The position numbers and the translations under genes are program-made. The notes under the pieces were generated by a model. That model saw nothing but the letters and a program-made list of their open reading frames with translations. It did not search any database and was not told where the DNA came from. Positions 24,783-32,992 of a DNA stretch of 36,407 nucleotides are shown piece after piece. Positions within the stretch are counted from its first letter, which is position 1. Each line of letters starts with the position of its first letter. This DNA is from FCB group bacterium (GTDB lineage: Bacteria; Bacteroidota; Ignavibacteria; Kapaibacteriales; UBA2268), in assembly GCA_049513175.1 (NCBI GenBank), contig JBEKWK010000001.1:1-36407 (forward strand), written 5' to 3'.

Positions 24783-25967
24783 TTAAATTTTTACCAATCC
24801 TTTCTCTAATCCTGCGATTAATTCATTTGCATCTTCAATACCAATTGAAATTCTTACAAGACCGTCCGTAATCTTTGCTTTCACTCTGGCTTCCTTACCC
24901 ATGCTTGCATGTGTCATAGATGCAGGATGCTGAATAAGAGATTCTATTCCGCCTAAACTGACTGCCAATTGCCATACTTCAATATTATTCATCAAAATTT
25001 TCCCTGCCTCCAAGCCCTTCTTTAATTCGAAAGAAATCATACCTCCCGGACCGGTCATTTGTTTTAAACCAAGTTCATATTGAGGATGACTTTTTAAACC
25101 CGGAAAACTTACCCATTCAACTTTAGGATGCTTTTCAAGATATTCGGCAATTTTAGATGCGTTATAACAATGGCGTTCCATCCTGATATTCAAAGTTTTT
25201 ATGCCTCTGTGAACAAGAAAAGAATTAAAGGGGTCTATCACTCCGCCAAGTTGATTTAATGTCTTTCTAAAATCGGGATAGTCATTTTTATCTTTTAAAA
25301 CAATTATTCCTGCTACAACATCAGCATGTCCATTAAGAAATTTTGTCATGCTGTGTATAATATAATCTGCTCCTAATTTAAATGGATTTTGAAGAGCAGG
25401 ACTCATTAAAGTATTATCAACACCCAGCTTTGCTTCGTGAGAATGGGCTATATTTGCGATTGCAGCTATATCGGACATTACAAGTGTCGGATTACCGGGT
25501 GTTTCTATAAAAATCAATTTTGTCTCAGGTGTCATTGCTGACTCTACTGCATTTGCATCAGTACTATCAACAAATGTTGAACTTATACCAAACCTATTCA
25601 TTATAGTCTGTAAAATAGTAGTTGTAGGACCATAAACAGACTCACTGCATACAACATGGTCACCTTTACTAAGAACCTTTGTAAATAGTGTACTTATAGC
25701 AGCCATACCACTGCTGCATGCAAGAGCTTTTGCTCCTCCTTCAAGTATTGCAACACAGTCCTCAAGTGCCTCGATTGTGGGATTACGCATTCGTGTATAT
25801 ATATATCCTTCTTCTTCACCTTTAAAAAGCCTTGCACCATGGTCGGCATCCTTAAATTTAAAAGTTGACGTCTGATATATTGGTGTTACAACTGATCCAT
25901 AAGCATCTTCTTTTGTACCTGCATGGACGCATTTTGTGTCCAATGAATAACTATCAATATTTTTCAA
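24783..25967 (-). CDS. Cys/Met-metabolism PLP-dependent enzyme (methionine gamma-lyase / cystathionine gamma-synthase family)
   Basis: 394 aa. PLP-lysine motif HSMTKFLNGHADV. YTRMRNPT and the N-terminal THAGT-like VHAGT are also present. Confidence 0.85.
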   Translation of the reverse strand: MKNIDSYSLDTKCVHAGTKEDAYGSVVTPIYQTSTFKFKDADHGARLFKGEEEGYIYTRMRNPTIEALEDCVAILEGGAKALACSSGMAAISTLFTKVLSKGDHVVCSESVYGPTTTILQTIMNRFGISSTFVDSTDANAVESAMTPETKLIFIETPGNPTLVMSDIAAIANIAHSHEAKLGVDNTLMSPALQNPFKLGADYIIHSMTKFLNGHADVVAGIIVLKDKNDYPDFRKTLNQLGGVIDPFNSFLVHRGIKTLNIRMERHCYNASKIAEYLEKHPKVEWVSFPGLKSHPQYELGLKQMTGPGGMISFELKKGLEAGKILMNNIEVWQLAVSLGGIESLIQHPASMTHASMGKEARVKAKITDGLVRISIGIEDANELIAGLEKGLVKI

Positions 25968-26021
25968 AAAAACCTCCGATTATTCTATTTTATTAAGAAA
26001 TTATTTTATCATAATTATAAA

Positions 26022-26759
26022 TTAGTGACTATTTTCCAATTGTACTACTTTTCCTGTTCCATTAATTTCTTTATTAATTTTGTTTGGAGTACCTTTATAA
26101 TATATACTACCACTCCCATCAATCCTCGCTGACATAACATCGAGGGGACAAGTATAAATATTTCCTGAACCTTCTATCGTGGCATTTAATGTATTTATTG
26201 AAAATTCCATAATTTTTAAGTTGCCTGAACCGTGTATAGAAGCACCTGCTGTTTTCCCTACCCCTTTTACTAATAATTCACCTGTTCCTTCAACGATAAA
26301 TTTAATAAAGTTTACATAAATACTATCTAATTTTATATTTCCCGTCCCATTTAGTATAACAATCATCCCCTCGTTTTTAATTATTTTATCGGCATAAATG
26401 TTACCGGAACCCTCCAATATAATTGATTTGATATTCGATATAGTAATATAAATATTCAATTTTGTAGGCATAATATTATCATTTTTACCAATATACAATG
26501 TTGTACCATTGATAAAAGTTGTTATAAACGGGAATATATCATTATCAGTTTCGATTACAATACTGGTACTGTCACCTTGTGTAATATATAGATTGCCCAT
26601 AGTTTGTAGAGAAATACCGTCAAAATTTGAAAAATTTCTATTCTGCTTCAATATAATACCTGAAGGATGGTCGAGCTTCATTGATATTTGACAATTTAAT
26701 GTAAAAATATTTAGGAATATGAAAATGCAAATGGTAAATATTGTTTTCAAACTATTCAT
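26022..26759 (-). CDS. DUF2807 ('head GIN' domain, putative beta-helical adhesin-like) secreted protein
   Basis: Signal peptide followed by repeated G(S/T)G(N/E/S) beta-helix rungs: EGSGNIYA, NGTGNIKL, EGTGELLVKG, HGSGNLKI, EGSGNIYT, DGSGSIYYKG. Confidence 0.7.
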   Translation of the reverse strand: MNSLKTIFTICIFIFLNIFTLNCQISMKLDHPSGIILKQNRNFSNFDGISLQTMGNLYITQGDSTSIVIETDNDIFPFITTFINGTTLYIGKNDNIMPTKLNIYITISNIKSIILEGSGNIYADKIIKNEGMIVILNGTGNIKLDSIYVNFIKFIVEGTGELLVKGVGKTAGASIHGSGNLKIMEFSINTLNATIEGSGNIYTCPLDVMSARIDGSGSIYYKGTPNKINKEINGTGKVVQLENSH

Positions 26760-26819
26760 AATTTCCTCTCTGAAAATCCAACAAAATATATTTCCTTTTT
26801 CATTTTATAATATTATTTT

Positions 26820-27368
26820 TTACTCTGATAATATAGTGTATATGGGTCCGTCAGGTGTAAGCTTACTTTCAATTAAATGTATCGAGAATTTCTGCATTGA
26901 ACCAAATAAGGTAGATTTGTATACTTCAAGAATTTTTTTGAATTCGAATTTATTGACTGATTTTATTCTTTGTAAAGTTACATGAGGGGTGAATTGATTA
27001 ACTTCAGGTTGAAATCCGAGTGTTAAAAGAACCTTACTTAATTCTTTGTGAATTTTCATTATAACACCATCATCATTTAGAATGTTCACAAATAGAATAC
27101 GAGGATTATGAATATTAGGAAAAACACCCAAACCCTGTGCCGTTAGTACAGAATCATAGTTCCTGAAATAATTTACAAAAGAATTTTCTATTTTCGGAAT
27201 TTCCTCTTCACTTACGTCCCCTAAAAATTTGTAAGTAAAATGAAGATTTTCAAACTCAGACCATTTACCATGACTCACAGGTTTGAAATCTTCAATAATT
27301 AATTGGTAATGTTCTCTCATTATTTCCGTATCAAGAAAAGTACCAATAAACAATCGCTTTGTATTCAT
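26820..27368 (-). CDS. thpR: RNA 2',3'-cyclic phosphodiesterase (2H phosphoesterase, ThpR/LigT family)
   Basis: Two HxT/Sx motifs (HFTYKFLG and PHVTLQR) with the family N-terminus RLFIGTF. Start trimmed to the internal ATG at 27368 (MNTKRLFIG). Confidence 0.8.
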   Translation of the reverse strand: MNTKRLFIGTFLDTEIMREHYQLIIEDFKPVSHGKWSEFENLHFTYKFLGDVSEEEIPKIENSFVNYFRNYDSVLTAQGLGVFPNIHNPRILFVNILNDDGVIMKIHKELSKVLLTLGFQPEVNQFTPHVTLQRIKSVNKFEFKKILEVYKSTLFGSMQKFSIHLIESKLTPDGPIYTILSE

Positions 27369-27517
27369 AAAAATAATTATTAAAGAAATTCCCAAAAATT
27401 CACTTTATTAATAATCTAATTTAAAATTTATTTTTCCAAAATAGTAATCTTTTTTAGTTTGTAAATAAAATTTAATAATTTGTTATAACGATTTCATAAA
27501 ATAATTTTAATTGTAAT

Positions 27518-27958
27518 ATGCGTGCTATTGTACAACGAGTCTCAAGAGCCAGTGTCAGTATAAATAATACCATTCATAGTGAAATTGACACGGGGTTTGT
27601 TGTATTCATTGCCATTACCCATAATGACAACGAAGAAGTAATGAAATGGATGTGCAACAAATTAATTAACCTTAGAATATTCCCCGACGAAGAAAACAAA
27701 ATGAATAAATCTGTACTTGATTGTAATGGTGGAATTCTATTAATATCAAATTTTACATTATATGGAGATGTCAATAAAGGATTTCGCCCAAGTTTCATTA
27801 AAGCTGCACCTCCGGAAATCGCAGAACCTCTTTATCAATCAATGATAGATTATATAAGAAATATTTATCCCATAAAAATTGCAACAGGAGTATTTGGAGC
27901 AAAGATGGACATCGAACTTGTAAATGATGGACCTGTTACAATTTTTATAGAAAAATAA
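27518..27958 (+). CDS. dtd: D-aminoacyl-tRNA deacylase
   Basis: 146 aa. MRAIVQRVSRASV N-terminus, SNFTLYGD...G.RPSF, and a C-terminal FGAKMDIELVNDGPVTI. Confidence 0.9.
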   Translation: MRAIVQRVSRASVSINNTIHSEIDTGFVVFIAITHNDNEEVMKWMCNKLINLRIFPDEENKMNKSVLDCNGGILLISNFTLYGDVNKGFRPSFIKAAPPEIAEPLYQSMIDYIRNIYPIKIATGVFGAKMDIELVNDGPVTIFIEK

Positions 27959-27964
27959 TCTTAG

Positions 27965-30187
27965 CTATTTAATTACGCTGAATGAATGACTAAAAACTTT
28001 ATCTCTTGTTTTACAATTTAGAATATATACTCCTGTAGCCAAATTACTAGTGCTAAAATTCAATGAATATGTTCCTGTTGGCAAAAACCCTTGGTATATG
28101 GTTTGTACACGGTTTCCGAGTTCATCATATATTTCTGCACTGAGGTTTGAGTAATTATTTAACCTCAGACTGTAATTTCCTTCATTACCTGAATATATCG
28201 GATTGGGATAAATGGATATATTATCTGTGTAACTATTATCTGAAATTTCTTTGACTGTTGATACAATTGATTTAACCTCACAAAGAATTAATCTTTCGTC
28301 CAACTGGATTGAATCAGGCTTGAAGGGCAGATAAAATTCCGCTGTCTGATTTCTTTGATTATTAATTAATGTATCATAATGTTTTATACTGTCTTTCTCA
28401 TATGACATAAATGTTATTGGCATTATAAAAACGTAAGGAATCCGGGAGATATTTCCTGATGTATCCTGCGTTTGATTAATATTCACTGTTATCTTATAAT
28501 TATTTGGTCCTACATTAATTGAAGAATACGTGATATCATAAATCGGATGTCCCGCTTTATAAATCCATTGGTCGAAATATGTTTCAAAAGAAACCGGCGG
28601 ATTGGGTACATCCATTTCAAATGATTTTTTTATATCTTCTGTTTCAACCGAAGTATATCCATCCCTGTGCAGTAAATTTCTGAAAGCAGGGAAATATACA
28701 CTATCGCCAAGCATTGTTCTAAGCATATGCCAAATCCAACCTCCTTTTGCATAAGTCAACCCTCCATTGAAGACATCAGCAAAAGATACATCATAATTAC
28801 TTGGAAGGCTAAGTCCTCCATAGTTCAAATATGTATTTTTCTTCCCTAACATATTAGAATAATAAGCATCTAATCCCCACAATCCTTCCGACCATATAGC
28901 TTCGCTCCATGTTGCACCACCTTCATTAATCCAGATATCATGCCATGTAGCACAAGTTATCAAATCCCCGGTCCACATATGTGAAAGTTCATGAGCAATG
29001 CCTTGTAAATTACTATAATAAACATTATAACCCTGGTAAGCCTGAGTCTGTTTGTTCCAATAATAATACATATTCCTCAACCAGCTTCTGTTAATCGTTG
29101 TCATTGTTTGGTGTTCCATCCCTCCATAATAAAAGGGCTGTACTGCATTCATCCCATATTTGACAAAAGGAAATTCAATATATTTACTTGCAAAATTTTC
29201 CATCATGTTTACGACACTAGAGAAGGTATGTACGGCATTAAATTTTGCACCATCAATACTATCGACATAAACATCGCCCGCCTGGTTCTTATAATCTTTG
29301 TCCCAGACATAATATTTCACTTCTATGCTATCATTATAATTATTTCTTTTGTGATACCAGTCCGAAAATTCATGGAATATGGAAGATGTAGCCATCATAA
29401 GATATGTTGTAATTTGAGTAGTATCACCCCAATAATATATCCTTGATGAATCCTGCATAGTTTCTATTTTAGATAATAAACCGTTTGAAGCAACTGTATA
29501 TTTATTCGGAACCCGCACACTTATTTTTGATTTTGCTTTATCATAAGGTGCATCATTACATGGCATCCAATAACGTGCATCCGAAGGTTCACTCATTGTA
29601 TAGGCAATTCTCTCCTCAACAAATGCCGTATCTATTTTTTCAGGTGTTGGATAAGTATCTGCTACTGTACCTTTTGCAAATATGTACATTCCTATATTTT
29701 TATTGCTTATATATTTATAAAAAATATCTAAACCTACAATATCACCTTGTTTAACCTGATTTGGCAATGGAATACTTAAAATACCATCCCCCGGTTGAGG
29801 AGTAGTATTTAATTTATTCGAATTTATAATAATAGAATCAATCAATAAATCTACCGCATCAAGCTCAATAGATGTAACATTTGCAGAATCTATTTTAAGT
29901 TGTATTGAATTTTTGCCTGTAAATACTCTGCCTGCACTATCGGTTCCTGTTGATGACAGCACATTATACCAATCCATAAATAAATCATAAGAAATCACAT
30001 CGTATGGTCTTCTGACTATTGCAGAATTTCGCAATAATTGTGGGTATTTATTCCTTAAAGAAAAAGATGCTTTATTTTCCACGTTTGGATTTTTACCTAA
30101 TAGAAGGAAATCCGGAATATCCTGGGCATTTGAATATATATTTATTCCCAATATTAACACACAAATAAGTTTAAATAATCTTTTCAT
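27965..30187 (-). CDS. M1-family zinc metallopeptidase (aminopeptidase N-like) with a T9SS C-terminal sorting domain
   Basis: HELSHMW...x18...WINEG (HExxH-x18-E), a GxMEN-like GGMEH motif, and a signal peptide. The C-terminal about 80 aa reads YPNPIYSG...LSAEIYDELGNRV...GVYILNCKTRDKVFSHSFSVIK (Por_Secre_tail-like). Confidence 0.9.
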   Translation of the reverse strand: MKRLFKLICVLILGINIYSNAQDIPDFLLLGKNPNVENKASFSLRNKYPQLLRNSAIVRRPYDVISYDLFMDWYNVLSSTGTDSAGRVFTGKNSIQLKIDSANVTSIELDAVDLLIDSIIINSNKLNTTPQPGDGILSIPLPNQVKQGDIVGLDIFYKYISNKNIGMYIFAKGTVADTYPTPEKIDTAFVEERIAYTMSEPSDARYWMPCNDAPYDKAKSKISVRVPNKYTVASNGLLSKIETMQDSSRIYYWGDTTQITTYLMMATSSIFHEFSDWYHKRNNYNDSIEVKYYVWDKDYKNQAGDVYVDSIDGAKFNAVHTFSSVVNMMENFASKYIEFPFVKYGMNAVQPFYYGGMEHQTMTTINRSWLRNMYYYWNKQTQAYQGYNVYYSNLQGIAHELSHMWTGDLITCATWHDIWINEGGATWSEAIWSEGLWGLDAYYSNMLGKKNTYLNYGGLSLPSNYDVSFADVFNGGLTYAKGGWIWHMLRTMLGDSVYFPAFRNLLHRDGYTSVETEDIKKSFEMDVPNPPVSFETYFDQWIYKAGHPIYDITYSSINVGPNNYKITVNINQTQDTSGNISRIPYVFIMPITFMSYEKDSIKHYDTLINNQRNQTAEFYLPFKPDSIQLDERLILCEVKSIVSTVKEISDNSYTDNISIYPNPIYSGNEGNYSLRLNNYSNLSAEIYDELGNRVQTIYQGFLPTGTYSLNFSTSNLATGVYILNCKTRDKVFSHSFSVIK

Positions 30188-30301
30188 AATATCCTATATT
30201 AAAATTTATAAATCAAATTTTCTTTTTATTCAACACATATCAATATTTAGTTACAATTTAAGAATAATCTTTGAGCAAAAAAATTCGGATATTATAAAAA
30301 A

Positions 30302-31834
30302 TCACTTTGTAATAATCTTAAATTCCACTCTTCTGTTCAACTGTTTCCCTTCTTCAGTGTCATTTGAAGCAATAGGTTTTGATTCTCCGTATCCTTTATA
30401 TTTCACCCGTTTCTGATTAACATTATTTTTAAAAAAATAATCAGCTACAGCTTTTGCCCTATCCTCTGATAATTTTATATTGAAAGCAGAAGAACCGACA
30501 TTATCCGTATGACCGGCTATCTCGATTTCTACGTTAGGATTATTGTTAAGAAATTTAATAATCCTATTTAATTCCGGAAATGATTCTTCCTTTAACTCTG
30601 ATAAATTATAATCAAAAAAGATATTATTAATCCTGATAACAGACCCTGTTTCTAATGGGACAAGCTCAAGATTTCTTTTTATTTCCTTGTATTTTTTATG
30701 ATGTGTCAAATCAATAAAATCATTTATACTAAGATATCCTTCCGCAACTGCTCTGAAACCATATTTTGAACCGGCAGGCAGAGTTATTTTATATTCACCG
30801 GTTACGGGAGCGGAATGTGCTAACCCGGCTTCATAGCCTTCTGGCAGAGTCTCATATATCACCTGTGCTTCGATAGGCTTTTTTGTTATAGCGTTCAGTA
30901 CCTTTCCGGAAATCAAGGCAACTGGCAATGGCTTACCGGCTTTAGGTATTCGGATTCTATAAATATCACCAAGACCAATTGAATTTTTTGTTGAAGTAAA
31001 ATAGGCAAAATCCCCTGCGGCATCAATTTTATAATAAGCATCGAAACCGTCTGTAGTTATATCAGGACCGAGATTTTCAGGTTTTGACCATTTCTCCCAA
31101 CTGTCATCGAGCCTTCGAGATAAATATACATCATAATCTCCATATCCTTCAATTCCATTAGTCGAAAAGTATAGTGTGACACCATCAGCGGCAAGAAATG
31201 GAGTTATTTCATTCCTATCGGTATTGATATCCTGTCCAAGATTCTTCGGTGTAGTCCATGTGCCATCATCATTTAAAAACGAAACATAAATATCATTCAT
31301 GCCATATGAATCAGGAGCCTGAATAGCCATGAGTAAGGTCTTTCCGTCATTTGACATATAAAACTGATACCAATTTGATGTATTAACAAAGTCTTTGATA
31401 ATTAATTTCTCGGGATATGACCATCCCTTTGCGATTCTATGAGAAACAGATACTCCGGATGGTGAACCGGTAGTATCATAAGTACCAAATAGCAATAGCG
31501 TATTTCCATCAGGAGTAACCGACATTACAGCATTATTATTGCTATTGTTTAGCGGAGGTCCTATATTTTTTGCCGAAGACCAAAGACCGTTAGGATGAAT
31601 TTCAGCATACCATATATCCTGGTTTGTCTTTGAAAATTTCTCCCCTATATTTTCCGGTGAACCTTGACGAACGAAATATAAGGTTTTCCCATCAGGAGAA
31701 ATAACCGGGTTTCTTTCTTCATATTCAGTATTAATTGCTTTACCCAAATTTTGAGGTTCGTAACTTTTATCCTGACCGAATACTATTTGGACATATAAAC
31801 TGAACAAAACATATATATATAAGAGAAATTTCAT
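30302..31834 (-). CDS. OmpA-family peptidoglycan-binding protein with TolB-like (PD40) beta-propeller repeats
   Basis: Repeated PD40-type units (ERNPVISPDGKTLYFV, SVTPDGNTLLL, YMSNDGKTLLMA, EITPFLAADGVTLYFS). A CarboxypepD_reg-like strand set follows (ISGKVLNAITKKPIEAQVIYE). The C-terminal OmpA_C motif reads IAGHTDNVGSSAFNIKLSEDRAKAV...NRRVEFKI. Confidence 0.85.
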   Translation of the reverse strand: MKFLLYIYVLFSLYVQIVFGQDKSYEPQNLGKAINTEYEERNPVISPDGKTLYFVRQGSPENIGEKFSKTNQDIWYAEIHPNGLWSSAKNIGPPLNNSNNNAVMSVTPDGNTLLLFGTYDTTGSPSGVSVSHRIAKGWSYPEKLIIKDFVNTSNWYQFYMSNDGKTLLMAIQAPDSYGMNDIYVSFLNDDGTWTTPKNLGQDINTDRNEITPFLAADGVTLYFSTNGIEGYGDYDVYLSRRLDDSWEKWSKPENLGPDITTDGFDAYYKIDAAGDFAYFTSTKNSIGLGDIYRIRIPKAGKPLPVALISGKVLNAITKKPIEAQVIYETLPEGYEAGLAHSAPVTGEYKITLPAGSKYGFRAVAEGYLSINDFIDLTHHKKYKEIKRNLELVPLETGSVIRINNIFFDYNLSELKEESFPELNRIIKFLNNNPNVEIEIAGHTDNVGSSAFNIKLSEDRAKAVADYFFKNNVNQKRVKYKGYGESKPIASNDTEEGKQLNRRVEFKIITK

Positions 31835-31936
31835 TTATTAAGAAAATTATTTCCAAAACTGCTAAATAAAATGTAAATTAATAATATTAAACGAAAAAAG
31901 CAGATATTTTATGATTTATAATATAAGATATTTCAA

Positions 31937-32914
31937 ATGCTAATCGCACAAGAAAAATACCCTTCAATAGGCGTTTCAATCATTGTCAGGGATGCAGAAA
32001 GAATCATTGACAGGGCATTGGATTCTGCAAGAGTCGTATGTTCTCAGATAGTTGTGGTTGATACCGGGTCAAAAGACAAAACGCCATTTAAATGCTCAAG
32101 GGCAGGTACAGAGATTTACTTTAAAAAATGGAATGAAGATTTCTCTGAGGCACGAAATTATGCTTTACAATTTATGAGAACAGAGTGGGTTATCTCTTTG
32201 GATGCCGATGAGGAGCTGGATAATGAATCTTTTATTGCACATATTCATTTACTTAAGGAAAAAAATATTGGAGGTTTAAAAGTAAAAATCATTAATTATC
32301 TTAATGAGGATAATTCCCTTTTTTCGGTCGAACACAGCTACACAAGGATATTCAGAGTTCATGATAATATTCGCTTTGCAGGGAAAATACATGAACAAAT
32401 AAATGATTCGATAATAAATGCCGGCTTTGATATAATAGATACAGATATAATAATTAAACATTATGGATATGCAAATAAACCTTCTGAAAAAAATATAAGA
32501 AACAAGAAATTGCTTCAGGAGGAACTCTTAACAAAGCCTGATGACGCCTGGTTAAAATATCATTTGGCACAAACCGAATTTTCAATTAAAAATTATACCA
32601 AATCACAAATACTATTTGAGGATGCATTAAAATCCAATAAATTAACTATTGAACAAACTGAGAACATTTACATAAAACTTGCTCAAATAGCTCTGGGAAA
32701 TAATAATTTCGAAGATGTCTTTAAATGGACTAATTTCATAAGTAATAATGTAAACATAGAGGGTTTTAGAAAATTTATCTTAGGAATGATATATATTTAT
32801 CAGAACAAATTTAAAGAAGCAGAGACTCTATTAAATTCACCTGAAGTATTAACCTCTACTTTAGTCGAACGAGAGAATCTTGAACATTTACAAAAAATTA
32901 TCAAAAAAAAATAA
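31937..32914 (+). CDS. Glycosyltransferase family 2 with a C-terminal TPR-like helical domain
   Basis: IGVSIIVRDAERII...VVDTGSKD...ISLDADEEL (DxD). The C-terminal about 130 aa is helical and repeat-like (WLKYHLAQTEF..., IYIKLAQIALGNNNFEDV..., ILGMIYIYQNKFKEAETLL). Confidence 0.7.
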   Translation: MLIAQEKYPSIGVSIIVRDAERIIDRALDSARVVCSQIVVVDTGSKDKTPFKCSRAGTEIYFKKWNEDFSEARNYALQFMRTEWVISLDADEELDNESFIAHIHLLKEKNIGGLKVKIINYLNEDNSLFSVEHSYTRIFRVHDNIRFAGKIHEQINDSIINAGFDIIDTDIIIKHYGYANKPSEKNIRNKKLLQEELLTKPDDAWLKYHLAQTEFSIKNYTKSQILFEDALKSNKLTIEQTENIYIKLAQIALGNNNFEDVFKWTNFISNNVNIEGFRKFILGMIYIYQNKFKEAETLLNSPEVLTSTLVERENLEHLQKIIKKK

Positions 32915-32992
32915 AGTGATTTTTTTATTATTTTTTTCAATTTATCTCAAATAAATCTTTAAAACTTGTTATATTGCAGACTTTAAAGTAAT

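Noticed and set aside
25968-26021. A SAM/Met-responsive riboswitch or T-box upstream of the methionine gamma-lyase-family gene.
   Set aside because: The leader is only 54 nt and purely AT-rich. It has no room or GC content for a structured aptamer.
31937-32914. The GT2 + TPR-like architecture, considered as a glycocin S-glycosyltransferase (SunS-like).
   Set aside because: The architectural resemblance is only superficial. No precursor peptide, thiol-disulfide oxidoreductase or peptidase-ABC exporter genes are adjacent. The flanking genes are OmpA-family envelope proteins.
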